Source: an uncultured Gammaproteobacteria bacterium (lineage in GTDB: Bacteria; Pseudomonadota; Gammaproteobacteria; HTCC5015). Taken from it: a stretch of DNA of 64,000 nt. Each line of letters begins with the position of its first letter. Within the stretch, counting starts at the first letter, position 1. Location of the stretch: contig CAZBWS010000007.1 in the NCBI GenBank assembly GCA_964495705.1, positions 688-64,687 on the forward strand. The letters are read 5' to 3'. Positions 45,337 through 58,237 of this stretch are shown piece after piece. The translations under genes and the position numbers were made by a program. Below the pieces are notes generated by a model, which was given only the letters and a program-made list of their open reading frames with translations, did not search any database and was not told the DNA's origin.

Positions 45337-46452
45337 TTATGCTTCCGCCTTTGTCGTCGCCATATGAATATCTGGCATATTTTCTAAGTGTAATGTTTGT
45401 GTGGGATAAGCCATTTGGGCACCTTCACCCTCTACTATATCGGCTATGCGCATCAGCACATCTTCTTTAACGGCATGAAAACGAGCCCAATTCGTTGTTT
45501 TAGTAAAGGTATAAATAAAGAAGTCTAAGGAGCTATTGTTGAATTGATTGAAATTCACCATCAAGGTTTGTTGTGCGTCTATGCCTTCATGTTCGATTAG
45601 CATTTCCTTGACCTGTTGCACAATCGTTTCCATCTTGCTTAAGTCCTCATAGCGAATACCAATGGTTTCCTTGATTCGACGATTACTCATCCTAGAGGGG
45701 TTTTCCACTACAATACTGGTAAAAATAGAATTAGGTACATACAAGGGGCGTTTATCAAAGGTTCTGATACGCGTTAAGCGCCAGCCTATATCTTCAACCG
45801 TACCCTCTATGTTGCGATCGGGTGAGCGGACCCAATCCCCCACTGAGAAAGGCCGATCTAGATATACCATCAGCCCACCAAAAAAATTGGCCAGTAAATC
45901 CCGTGCGGCAAAGCCAATCGCAATGCCCCCCACCCCGCCAAAGGCAAGTACACCAGACACTGAGATACCCAATGTTTGTAAGCAGACTAAAGCGCCGGTA
46001 ATCATCAGCGCCAATCTAACTAGCTTACTCACCGCTACTGCGGTAGTTTTGTCATAGCTTGGATCTTCTTGCAGACCCAAGTCAATCACATTGCTCTCAA
46101 CGTTTTTAACACCGCGAATTAAGAACCATAAAATACATACAATAACCCCCACATCGCGAATGGGGTCAACGGCATCAAAAATAGTCTCGCCAGTCTCTTC
46201 CTTGATAATATGTGCAGCAAAGGTAACACCGACCACCCAAACCAATAAACGTATCGGCTGACTCAACGCTAAGATGAAAGCATCATCCCAGGGGTTTTTA
46301 GAGCGTCCCGCTTTATCAGCCAGTTTATTGATTAGTCGTTTCAAGAAGAAATTAACCAACAGAGCCACTAAAATAATGATAAACACCTGCACCATCCAAT
46401 CGTCCAGTGTGGCGCTTAAATCACTAAAGCCCATTTTTTCTAAAAAACTCAT
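45337..46452 (-). CDS. MscS-family mechanosensitive ion channel
   Basis: N-terminal TM helices are followed by the conserved MscS pore/beta domain (ANFFGGLMVYLDRPFSVGDWV...GTVEDIGWRLTRIRTFDKRPLYVPNS). Confidence 0.85.
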   Translation of the reverse strand: MSFLEKMGFSDLSATLDDWMVQVFIIILVALLVNFFLKRLINKLADKAGRSKNPWDDAFILALSQPIRLLVWVVGVTFAAHIIKEETGETIFDAVDPIRDVGVIVCILWFLIRGVKNVESNVIDLGLQEDPSYDKTTAVAVSKLVRLALMITGALVCLQTLGISVSGVLAFGGVGGIAIGFAARDLLANFFGGLMVYLDRPFSVGDWVRSPDRNIEGTVEDIGWRLTRIRTFDKRPLYVPNSIFTSIVVENPSRMSNRRIKETIGIRYEDLSKMETIVQQVKEMLIEHEGIDAQQTLMVNFNQFNNSSLDFFIYTFTKTTNWARFHAVKEDVLMRIADIVEGEGAQMAYPTQTLHLENMPDIHMATTKAEA

Positions 46453-46464
46453 ATTTTTTGCCCT

Positions 46465-47493
46465 TTAGTGTCTAAGCGATTCAGCTAATGCAGCAATGTT
46501 TGACCATTCTGGCTGAGCCTGTAAAGCCTGCATATTGGGGTGTTTAAATTTGCCACGCATGGTTTGAATACGGCGATCTGACCATGCCTTTGGAGTGCGC
46601 AACTCTTCCACTACTTGCTCTGCCGCAGTGGCGTTATTGCACACTAATACCATGTCACAACCCGCGTTTAAGGCTAGATCTGCACGCTGGGTGAAGCCAA
46701 TACCTAGGTCCGCCCCGTCCATACTCAAATCGTCGCTGAAGGCTACACCATCAAATTTCAAATGTGCGCGCAAGACTCCTTTAATCCAATATTCAGAAAA
46801 GCCTGCCGGCATATCATCAACCTGGGGATAAAGCACATGGGCGGGCATAACGGCCTTTAAGCCCGCTTTCATAAGCTCTGCAAAGGGGAGTAAATCAGTA
46901 GCTTCTATTTCATCAAAGCTGCGGTTATCCACAGGTTTGGCAATGTGTGAGTCTTCAGCCACATAACCATGTCCAGGAAAATGCTTACCCGTAGAGGCCA
47001 TACCAGCCGTCGCCATACCTTGAATAAAAGCGCCCGCTAGTTCAGTTATTACCTTGGGGTCGGAATGGAAAGCTCTATCCCCAATAATTTCTGAGCCTCC
47101 ATAATCTACATCTAAAACGGGAGCAAAACTGATATCAATACCGACAGCTTGTACCTCAGCGGCAAGTAACCAAGCCAGTTTATGGGCACTGTCATAGGCT
47201 TCATCGGGGTTGTTTGTATACAATTCACCTAAACCCGCCATAGCGGGGATATGGGTAAAGCCCTCTCGAAAACGCTGTACTCGGCCGCCTTCGTGATCAA
47301 CGGCAATAAGTATTTCAGGGCGTATTTCTCGTACTTGACGACTCAGGTCGGTGATTTGCTCTACATCTTCAAAGTTGCGACTAAAGTAAATCAGACCACC
47401 TACATTTGGATGTTGTAACACTTCCCTTTCCACTTGGTCCAGTTGTGTGCTTTTTAGGTCCAGCATCACTGCACCTAGCGGCTTATCCCTCAT
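46465..47493 (-). CDS. nagZ: Beta-N-acetylhexosaminidase (peptidoglycan recycling)
   Basis: GH3 motifs are IAVDHEGGRVQRF, KHFPGHG and FSDDLSM. Confidence 0.9.
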   Translation of the reverse strand: MRDKPLGAVMLDLKSTQLDQVEREVLQHPNVGGLIYFSRNFEDVEQITDLSRQVREIRPEILIAVDHEGGRVQRFREGFTHIPAMAGLGELYTNNPDEAYDSAHKLAWLLAAEVQAVGIDISFAPVLDVDYGGSEIIGDRAFHSDPKVITELAGAFIQGMATAGMASTGKHFPGHGYVAEDSHIAKPVDNRSFDEIEATDLLPFAELMKAGLKAVMPAHVLYPQVDDMPAGFSEYWIKGVLRAHLKFDGVAFSDDLSMDGADLGIGFTQRADLALNAGCDMVLVCNNATAAEQVVEELRTPKAWSDRRIQTMRGKFKHPNMQALQAQPEWSNIAALAESLRH

Positions 47494-47987
47494 TATCCCT
47501 GTTCCTGTATATTGTGTTGTGTAATCAGCACCGTTGCATAAGCCGCTATACCTTCCTCACGTCCGGTAAAACCTAGCCACTCAGTGGTTGTTGCCTTAAC
47601 GCTAACCTGTCCTTCGCTAACTCCTAAATCTTCAGCAATATTAGTTTTCATAAAACTAATGTACGGCGCCATCTTCGGCTGTTGGGCAACCACAGTCATA
47701 TCCACATTATTGATACTGATATTCATTTTATGCATCAACTTCATCACACGCCCCAGCAACACGCGGCTATCAGCGCCTTTGTATTTAGGGTCGCTGTCTG
47801 GGAAGAATTTACCGATATCACCCAGCGCCGTCGCCCCTAATAAGGCATCACATAGCGCATGTAAAAGAACATCTCCGTCTGAATGAGCCTGCAAGGATTT
47901 ATCGTGGGGAATACGCGCACCGCCTATCATAATATGGTCGCCTTCACAGAATGCGTGAACGTCGTAACCTTGGCCTATTCTAATCAT
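47493..47987 (-). CDS. ispF: 2-C-methyl-D-erythritol 2,4-cyclodiphosphate synthase
   Basis: It has [31 protein letters not shown]...GDIGKFFPD and the typical length. Confidence 0.95.
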   Translation of the reverse strand: MIRIGQGYDVHAFCEGDHIMIGGARIPHDKSLQAHSDGDVLLHALCDALLGATALGDIGKFFPDSDPKYKGADSRVLLGRVMKLMHKMNISINNVDMTVVAQQPKMAPYISFMKTNIAEDLGVSEGQVSVKATTTEWLGFTGREEGIAAYATVLITQHNIQEQG

Positions 47988-47990
47988 TGT

Positions 47991-48701
47991 TTATATGCTC
48001 TTATTTATTTGTTGTGCTTGCAAATATAGCTCTGCTAAGTGTAAATCTTCAGGTCGTGTGATCTTAATATTATCTTGACTGCCAGATACGAGTTTAACCT
48101 TGCCAGCCGCTGATTCAATTGCCATCGCTTCATCAGTGATGGCTTCGCCCTGCTCGGCGGCACGACTATAGGCACTCAATAACTCCGCGAATGGAAATGC
48201 TTGGGGAGTCAGTGCATGCCAAAGGTTTTCCCGTTCAACCGTAGAGTCTACACAGCCCAGCTTATTTCCACGCTTCATGGTGTCTTTGACCTGAGCAGCG
48301 AGCAGGCCACCGTGGCCACAGCTTTCTAACACGTCGAGCATATTACATAGGTCGGCAGTACGCACACAGGGTCTAGCGGCATCATGTACAAATACCCAGT
48401 CTTGTGCAGCGGCCATGCCTTCAATCGCTTTCAAACCATTCAGTACCGAATCGCTGCGCTGAGCACCACCGTCCACAATAATATATTTATCGTTAATGAG
48501 ATTTAGTGTGGGCCAGTATGGGTCTTTGGGGTTGAGAGCTATAATTATTTTTTCAAAGGCAAGGCTGTTATCTAAGCGCTCTAGTGTTCGCTCGAGTATC
48601 GTTTTCCCCAGTAACGGGAGATACTGTTTAGGGATTTTCGCTTGCATACGAGAACCGATGCCAGCAGCAGGCACGATAGCCCAGAGTTTTTTATTTTGCA
48701 T
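47991..48701 (-). CDS. ispD: 2-C-methyl-D-erythritol 4-phosphate cytidylyltransferase
   Basis: It has AIVPAAGIGSRM...PKQYL, VHDAARPC and ispD-ispF adjacency. Confidence 0.9.
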   Translation of the reverse strand: MQNKKLWAIVPAAGIGSRMQAKIPKQYLPLLGKTILERTLERLDNSLAFEKIIIALNPKDPYWPTLNLINDKYIIVDGGAQRSDSVLNGLKAIEGMAAAQDWVFVHDAARPCVRTADLCNMLDVLESCGHGGLLAAQVKDTMKRGNKLGCVDSTVERENLWHALTPQAFPFAELLSAYSRAAEQGEAITDEAMAIESAAGKVKLVSGSQDNIKITRPEDLHLAELYLQAQQINKSI

Positions 48702-48727
48702 TTAAAACCACTCCCCATGGCGCCGCA

Positions 48728-49030
48728 CTATTCAGGTACTTGTTCTGCCGGCTTAATAGCTTCGGTGATAATTTGATAAAAAACTTCGTTATCTTTAATC
48801 ATACCGAGTTCATCCCGTGCATATTCTTCAACCGCATCGAGACCTTTTTTTAAGTCTTCTACTTCTGCAGCCAAGCTACTATTGCGCGCTTGTAGCTCCG
48901 AATTTTCTTGCTTCTGTTTAGCCAACTCGTCTTCAAGCTTCCAAACTTCTGGCAAGCTACCCTCGCCTACCCAGAGCTGATATTGCAAGCTCAGAAATAA
49001 TAGCAACAGTATGGCGATAAGCACTTTCAT
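48728..49030 (-). CDS. ftsB: Cell division protein FtsB
   Basis: It has an MKVLIAILLLLFLSLQYQLW TM, then a coiled coil (LKQKQENSELQARNSSLAAEVEDLK), then LEEYARDELGM. It lies between eno and ispD. I chose Met10 as the start; the track ORF extends to 49057. Confidence 0.85.
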   Translation of the reverse strand: MKVLIAILLLLFLSLQYQLWVGEGSLPEVWKLEDELAKQKQENSELQARNSSLAAEVEDLKKGLDAVEEYARDELGMIKDNEVFYQIITEAIKPAEQVPE

Positions 49031-49081
49031 TGTGAAAGCCGCTGGAGCACGGGCCAAGCCCGCTCCAGCAGCCTATCCGCA

Positions 49082-50386
<1,305 letters not shown>

Positions 50387-50393
50387 TTACTTG

Positions 50394-50454
50394 GTAGGAG
50401 CCCTTTGCAAGGGCGATTCTAATTAAAAAATTCGCCGTTAAAAACGGCTCCTAC
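50394..50454. repeat. Inverted pair of REP-like extragenic palindromes (BIME-like unit)
   Basis: Copy 1 (50394-50419) is GTAGGAGCCCTTTGCAAGGGCGATTC. The reverse complement of copy 2 (50429-50454) is GTAGGAGCCGTTTTTAACGGCGAATT. Each contains its own GC hairpin, and the outer GTAGGAGCC/GGCTCCTAC arms can also pair. The pair lies in the eno-kdsA intergenic gap. Confidence 0.5.
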
Positions 50455-50466
50455 AATTTATTTCTC

Positions 50467-51300
50467 TTACAAGTCCATCTCAGCAAAGGGTTGCTGTTTC
50501 ACGGTGTCATCGATGACTTTTAGGGTGTGTAACAATGATTTCATCTTATCTAAGGGCCAGGCGTTAGGGCCGTCACTAAAGGCATTGTCAGGGTCAGGGT
50601 GGGTCTCCATAAACACACCAGAGACACCCGCAGCCATTGCTGCACGAGCCAGCACAGGAACCATCTCGCGCTGCCCACCCGATGAGGCACCTTGCCCACC
50701 AGGCAACTGTACTGAATGCGTCGCATCGAACACCACTGGGCAACCTGTCTCGCGCATCACCGCAAGGCCACGCATATCTGAGACTAGATTGTTATAACCA
50801 AAGGAAGTGCCACGGTCGCAGACCATGATTTGATCGTTGCCAGCATCGCGCGCTTTTTCAACCACATGACGCATATCCCAGGGCGCCAAGAATTGGCCTT
50901 TTTTGATATTCACCGGTATACCCGCTTGGGCAACTCGGACAATATAATCGGTTTGACGACACAAAAATGCGGGGGTTTGCATAACATCAACCACGGAGGC
51001 CACTTCTTCGATCGGTGTGTATTCATGCACATCTGTAATAATTGACACACCGACTTCTTGCTTCACTTTTTCTAAAATCGCTAAACCCTTTTCCAAACCA
51101 ACACCACGAGGGCTATTGATGGAAGAGCGATTGGCCTTATCAAAGGAAGACTTATAGATAAAGGGAATCCCTAGCTCTGCCGTCATCGCCTTAAGCTCGG
51201 TAGCAGTGCGCAGGGCTAATTCTTCTGACTCAATCGCGCAGGGACCTGCAATCAGGAAAAAGGGCTTGTCTAAACCAACTTCAAAATCACAGAGCTTCAT
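50467..51300 (-). CDS. kdsA: 3-deoxy-8-phosphooctulonate synthase
   Basis: Motifs are [23 protein letters not shown] and [11 protein letters not shown]. Confidence 0.95.
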   Translation of the reverse strand: MKLCDFEVGLDKPFFLIAGPCAIESEELALRTATELKAMTAELGIPFIYKSSFDKANRSSINSPRGVGLEKGLAILEKVKQEVGVSIITDVHEYTPIEEVASVVDVMQTPAFLCRQTDYIVRVAQAGIPVNIKKGQFLAPWDMRHVVEKARDAGNDQIMVCDRGTSFGYNNLVSDMRGLAVMRETGCPVVFDATHSVQLPGGQGASSGGQREMVPVLARAAMAAGVSGVFMETHPDPDNAFSDGPNAWPLDKMKSLLHTLKVIDDTVKQQPFAEMDL

Positions 51301-51308
51301 ATACCTAC

Positions 51309-53057
<1,749 letters not shown>

Positions 53058-53129
53058 CTATTAATTCAATCAATTTTAAATACAAATAACTTTAACTAAG
53101 ATCCGTAAGATATTGATATATAAAACAAC

Positions 53130-54143
53130 TTAAGATTTTACCACCCCCCCTATACCAACTGCCTGCCTTAAACGCGTAATAAAAGGTTGTGCATAAGTCC
53201 TAGCCTTGGCCGCCCCTTCTTGTAGAGCCTGCTCCACTTCAGCAGGATTGGCTAATAACTCGTTATAACGCTCCCGCGGCTCAGCTAGAATATTATTAAG
53301 GTACTCAAATAGTTCCTGCTTCGCCTCACCCCATGCAATACCTTCCTGATAGCGTATCCGCATAGCCGCCACCTCTTCTGCTGTAGCAAAAGCTTTGTAG
53401 ATCGCAAACACCGTACTCGTATCGGGGTCCTTTGGCTCACCAGGCTCTAAAGAATTAGTCACGATTTTCATGATTTGCTTACGGAATTTTTTCTCAGGCA
53501 AAAACAAGGGGATCGTATTGTTGTAGCTTTTACTCATTTTGCGGCCATCCAGGCCTTCGAGCACTGCAGCATCCTCACCAACCACTGCCTCGGGCAACAC
53601 AAAGTGTTCCCCATATAGATGATTAAAACGTTGTGCCATATCCCTGGCCATTTCAATATGCTGGATCTGGTCCTTACCCACGGGGACTTTACTGGCATTG
53701 AACATCAACATATCCGCCGCCATCAAAATAGGATAGTTAAACAACCCCATCGTCACAGCCTTATCTGGATCACTGCCCTCCTCTATATTGGCATCGACAG
53801 AGGCCTTATAAGCATGGGCCCTATTCAACAAGCCTTTGGAGGCCACACAGGAAAGCAACCAATTCAGCTCAGTGATTTCAGGCACGTCTGATTGGCGATA
53901 AAAAACCACATTTTGCGTATCAAGGCCCATCGCTAGCCAAGTAGCCGCCACTTCTAAACTAGATTGGCGTACGCGCTCTGGATCTTGGCACTTAATCAAG
54001 GCGTGGTAATCTGCCATAAACAAGTAAGAGTCGACCGCAGCATCCTTGCTGGCCTCTATCGCAGGGCGAATAGCGCCCACATAATTACCTAAATGAGGAG
54101 TGCCCGTTGTTGTAATGCCCGTTAAAACCGTCGGTTTAGCCAT
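53130..54143 (-). CDS. trpS: Tryptophan--tRNA ligase
   Basis: The class I motifs are TPHLGNYVG (HIGH-like) and KMSKS. I prefer the ATG at 54143 over the track's GTG at 54152. Confidence 0.9.
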   Translation of the reverse strand: MAKPTVLTGITTTGTPHLGNYVGAIRPAIEASKDAAVDSYLFMADYHALIKCQDPERVRQSSLEVAATWLAMGLDTQNVVFYRQSDVPEITELNWLLSCVASKGLLNRAHAYKASVDANIEEGSDPDKAVTMGLFNYPILMAADMLMFNASKVPVGKDQIQHIEMARDMAQRFNHLYGEHFVLPEAVVGEDAAVLEGLDGRKMSKSYNNTIPLFLPEKKFRKQIMKIVTNSLEPGEPKDPDTSTVFAIYKAFATAEEVAAMRIRYQEGIAWGEAKQELFEYLNNILAEPRERYNELLANPAEVEQALQEGAAKARTYAQPFITRLRQAVGIGGVVKS

Positions 54144-54270
54144 AATTTCCACAATCTGATGAGGTCTATAAATTGCGCGCAGCTTAGCATTTTCGAGAAG
54201 TAAAAGTTAGCGCTGCGATTGAGTTATGACAACCAGCTTCGTTCAAGCTGACATTCAAACTAAGCGCGCT

Positions 54271-54735
54271 TTAAAACCTCAAAAGTTCAAATTGATACTC
54301 CGCTTTCTCAAAGATATCCTGTTGACGAGGCACGTCCACTGTTGAAAGCTCTACACTATCGTGGAACAGCAGCAAGTCACCATTGTGTATTTTGAAATTC
54401 GTTGGGTTTATAGCCACCCGGCGACCCAACGCCAAGTTATAGGGGCAGTATTCTCCAAATTTGGGAATATAAGCTGCAGGGCTTTGCTTGAACGTCTCTA
54501 TTTGTGCTGCAGAGGTAAAATAGTAAATTTTAGTTTTGTACTTATAGCTGTACTCAGGGTTACCCCGCTCGGCACGATTGTGCTCAAAATAGGAGACGGG
54601 GCTATAACCCTGAATACCGATATTCTTAGGCAGCGACGAATCGTTAGATCGGTGTAGTAGCGAATTATTATAGCCACAGCCGACTAAAACCAGAGCAAGT
54701 CCAGTTGCAACTAGCCATTGAATTACAGTTTTCAT
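54271..54735 (-). CDS. YHS-domain lipoprotein
   Basis: The lipobox is ALVLVGC. A YHS/TRASH-like segment reads GYSPVSYFEHNRAERGNPEYSYKYKTKIYYFTSAAQIETFKQSPAAYIP. Confidence 0.65.
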   Translation of the reverse strand: MKTVIQWLVATGLALVLVGCGYNNSLLHRSNDSSLPKNIGIQGYSPVSYFEHNRAERGNPEYSYKYKTKIYYFTSAAQIETFKQSPAAYIPKFGEYCPYNLALGRRVAINPTNFKIHNGDLLLFHDSVELSTVDVPRQQDIFEKAEYQFELLRF

Positions 54736-55123
54736 GGTTACCCTTTTTATTCATTGTTCTGCCAATAGTCTGACAGAAGGCTTACAGCACAGCAATTTGG
54801 CACTTAACGGCCACAAAAATCTGTACGCTTAAAAAACAAAACCAAGGTATTTATGGTTTCTATGTTGCCAAGGATAACATGAAAAACAGCGCAGTTTATA
54901 TATGCACTTATTGGGTTTTCGGAATTAAGCACAGGGTGAAATTTAATGCGGATGGGCTGAAAAAGTGGCGTGGGTCTTGTGCATTAATGGGCGCAGCTTT
55001 GTACTAAAGGTACAGCGCAACACCGTGGAGCGATTTTGCTCGCATTAGTTAGATGTAATATTATAGGAAACCAGTCATGTCTTATGTAAAGACCTTTCTA
55101 TGCAACTGGCAATATTCAAACCG

Positions 55124-55903
55124 TTAAAAAACAAAAACTTCCAAAATGCCTACCAAATATAAGGCCAGGCCTAACCAAGCTCTTGGGTACTGTGGTTTGT
55201 CCAACAATTTAAGCAGTGCTGAACCAAAAATTCCAAAGGCCACATAGGGCAAAAATATTTCAGCAGAGGTGAAATGCAGCAAGTCACCCGCAAAGTAGTA
55301 GAAGTAATAAGTGTTCAAGGTCGCGAGTGAAAAAATATTTGCTAGGGTTTCCAAGACCATGGCATCTATTGCGATCAATACACCCGAGAAAAATACGTTT
55401 TCAATCACCACCGAGCCGCGTTTGCGCAGTGCTTCATGAAAGCAATATAAATAGAAGCCATACATGGGCCACATAACCGCACCCACACCCGTTGTATAAG
55501 CCCCGTGCTCTGGCCAAATTTGATATTGCCATACTAGACGGCCCAGTAAAGACTCGCCCAAGCCGCCAATGAGGATCTCCCCCAGCGCACCGCCCATAAA
55601 GGTCGCGCCCATATACAGGGCAAGTCTATTCCACTGCGGTACTATCCATTGACGGGCGACTAAACAACCAAACAAATACAGCAAGGGGGTAAAGAACAGG
55701 AAAAAGCCCAGTGTAAATATGACTGCAGACTCTCCTTCAAAGGGGACACTGGTAATCTCATGGGGTTGAATCCAGAAGCCAATAACTAAGCGAGAGACGA
55801 CAAAAATCAGGCCATACACAATAGGCAGAGCGAGCAACAAGCTAAGCCATGGGTTGCGGGCTTTCTTGCGGTTAAGGGTCTCAGAGAACAGTGCAGACGG
55901 CAT
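55124..55903 (-). CDS. Hypothetical polytopic membrane protein
   Basis: 259 aa with about 7 hydrophobic helices. It lies 3 nt downstream of tilS. I recognise no motif. Confidence 0.55.
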   Translation of the reverse strand: MPSALFSETLNRKKARNPWLSLLLALPIVYGLIFVVSRLVIGFWIQPHEITSVPFEGESAVIFTLGFFLFFTPLLYLFGCLVARQWIVPQWNRLALYMGATFMGGALGEILIGGLGESLLGRLVWQYQIWPEHGAYTTGVGAVMWPMYGFYLYCFHEALRKRGSVVIENVFFSGVLIAIDAMVLETLANIFSLATLNTYYFYYFAGDLLHFTSAEIFLPYVAFGIFGSALLKLLDKPQYPRAWLGLALYLVGILEVFVF

Positions 55904-55906
55904 ATT

Positions 55907-57199
55907 TTAGGAGCAGCTAATAATGATAATTCCGCGCAGCTTATCATCCACATAAAGCAAAGGACAATATGCGCGTAACCAATGTGGTACCTTGGCCTCT
56001 TGAAAAGCGTTCTTTAGGCTTTTACTGTGCTGATGTCCCACTTGATAAACTCGTGTGGAATTGGGCTGGTTAAATTTTATATCAACGTGCACTGTTGCTT
56101 CAGGCAAGCGGATATTTTGTTGCTGAAGCAGATCTTCATTCAACTCAAGCTCTAATTCCTTTATAACTAGAGAAGACGTTGTATTCCAAACGCTGTATTT
56201 TTCAGGTGTAAGGCTGGCACGCTGCTTTTCTAATTGCGTATCACAGCAATACAGTCTGCCCCCATAGCTTCGTATGATCACACTGTCATCGAACTCTCCC
56301 CAAGTTACCTCACCCTTAGCATCTTGACGCGCATCTAGTAATTTCTGTATCTGCGCCAATACCCCTTGACTGGGAGTGGCCGCCCCCTGCTCTTGTAACC
56401 ACAGGCGTAATAATGCGGATAGCTTGCTAGCAGCGAGTTTTTCAGCTGGCGCAAAAACGCCTTCCTGGGTATTTTTCTGTAGCGCAGCTTGTAATTCAGC
56501 ATTGAGCAAAATTTGTTGCTCTGCCAGCAGCGCCGCACTGCGTGCCACCGTTGTATTCGCACTGGGCCAGCGCTGCTGTAGGAGTGGCATCACCCGATTA
56601 CGTAGATAATTACGATCATAATTATCTTCAAGATTACTGGGGTCTTGAATATAAGAGAGTTGATATTGCTGCGCATATTCTTCTAGTTCGGCTCGGCTTT
56701 TTGACAGCAAGGGGCGGCCTTGACGGCCTTGACCCAATGCTTTTATCGCGGGCATAGCGGATAAACCTGCTGGCCCTGCTCCGCGCATCAGCTGTAATAA
56801 TAAAGTTTCTGCCTGATCATCTTGATGGTGGGCGGTGAGCAATACCGATGCTATATCCTGTTGAGCGAATAGTGTTTCAAAAGCGTGGTAACGCCCTGCT
56901 CGGGCCGCTTGCTCAGGGCTTTGCCCCTGGGCGGCTTGGGCGTTAATGCGGATAGTCTGAAAAGGCATATTATAGGCAGAGCACTTCGCTTCACAATGAC
57001 TTGCCCATGCCTTAGATTCAGCTTGCAGGCCGTGGTCAATATAAACCGCTAGAAGTTGTGCGTGTAGCGAGCCTTGCAGTTGAGCCAGCGTATGCAACAT
57101 GACACTGGAATCTAGGCCGCCGCTGTAGCCAATAATTAACAGGGTGTTTTTATTGTTAAGCTGATAGCGCTCAAGGAAGTTGAGAAGGGTTTGTTGCAT
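55907..57199 (-). CDS. tilS: tRNA(Ile)-lysidine synthase
   Basis: It has the PP-loop IIGYSGGLDSSV, the HHQDDQAET motif, and a position downstream of accA. Confidence 0.9.
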   Translation of the reverse strand: MQQTLLNFLERYQLNNKNTLLIIGYSGGLDSSVMLHTLAQLQGSLHAQLLAVYIDHGLQAESKAWASHCEAKCSAYNMPFQTIRINAQAAQGQSPEQAARAGRYHAFETLFAQQDIASVLLTAHHQDDQAETLLLQLMRGAGPAGLSAMPAIKALGQGRQGRPLLSKSRAELEEYAQQYQLSYIQDPSNLEDNYDRNYLRNRVMPLLQQRWPSANTTVARSAALLAEQQILLNAELQAALQKNTQEGVFAPAEKLAASKLSALLRLWLQEQGAATPSQGVLAQIQKLLDARQDAKGEVTWGEFDDSVIIRSYGGRLYCCDTQLEKQRASLTPEKYSVWNTTSSLVIKELELELNEDLLQQQNIRLPEATVHVDIKFNQPNSTRVYQVGHQHSKSLKNAFQEAKVPHWLRAYCPLLYVDDKLRGIIIISCS

Positions 57200-57213
57200 C
57201 GCCTTTAGAACGG

Positions 57214-58173
57214 TTATTCAATCTGTCCGAAGGACTTAAGGCGTGCATAGCGTGCCTGCAACAGCTCTTGCTCTGGTAATGCAGAGTATTTGTCTAGTTG
57301 TTTTAACAACATTTTTTTTATGCTTTTGGCAATTTTAGCGGGCTCACGATGGCAGCCACCCATAGGTTCAGTAATCACTTCATCGACGAGCTTAAGCTCA
57401 TGCAATCGCTGTGCGGTGATCGCCATCGCCTCTGCCGCATCGGGGGCACGCTCGGCACTCTTCCATAGGATAGAAGCGCAACCTTCTGGGGAAATAACCG
57501 AATAAGTACTAAATTGCAGCATGGCCAGGTAATCACAAACACCAATAGCCAAAGCACCTCCAGAGCCGCCTTCACCGATAACGGTGGTAATAACCGGGGT
57601 TTTGAGTTCAGCAAATAGCAATAGACTGCTGGCAATCGCCTCGGACTGACCACGTGCTTCCGCGTCAATACCAGGGTATGCGCCTGGGGTGTCTACAAAG
57701 GTAATAACGGGCAGTTTAAAGCGCTCAGCCATTTGCGCTAGGCGCTGAGCTTTACGATAGCCTTCGGGGCGAGGCATGCCAAAATTGCGCTTCAACTTTT
57801 GCTTGGTATCACGCCCCTTTTGGTGTCCAATGACCACAACAGAGCGTCCATCTAGCTTGGCCAAGCCACCCACAATGGCAGCATCGTCGGCAAACATGCG
57901 GTCACCATGTAGTTCTTCAAAATCGGTAAAGATATGTTCAAGGTAATCTAAGGTGTAGGGGCGTTGAGGATGGCGAGCAATTTGTGCAACTTGCCAGGGC
58001 GTTAATTTGTTATAGACATTTTCCAACAAATTATTGCGCTTACCCTCTAGGGACTTCACTTCTTCCCGCACATTGATACCCGACGTGTCGGTACTGTGGC
58101 GCAGGGCTTCTATACGCTCATCTAGTTCCGCAATCGGTTGTTCAAAATCAAGGTAATTTGGGTTCATAGTCAA
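57214..58173 (-). CDS. accA: Acetyl-CoA carboxylase carboxyltransferase subunit alpha
   Basis: It has the [18 protein letters not shown] opening and the [10 protein letters not shown] and [10 protein letters not shown] motifs. Confidence 0.95.
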   Translation of the reverse strand: MTMNPNYLDFEQPIAELDERIEALRHSTDTSGINVREEVKSLEGKRNNLLENVYNKLTPWQVAQIARHPQRPYTLDYLEHIFTDFEELHGDRMFADDAAIVGGLAKLDGRSVVVIGHQKGRDTKQKLKRNFGMPRPEGYRKAQRLAQMAERFKLPVITFVDTPGAYPGIDAEARGQSEAIASSLLLFAELKTPVITTVIGEGGSGGALAIGVCDYLAMLQFSTYSVISPEGCASILWKSAERAPDAAEAMAITAQRLHELKLVDEVITEPMGGCHREPAKIAKSIKKMLLKQLDKYSALPEQELLQARYARLKSFGQIE

Positions 58174-58237
58174 GTTCCAGTATTTCTAGGAATTTTGCCA
58201 CAAGCGAGCCAGTAAGTAACCCGTACTATGAGGCTAA

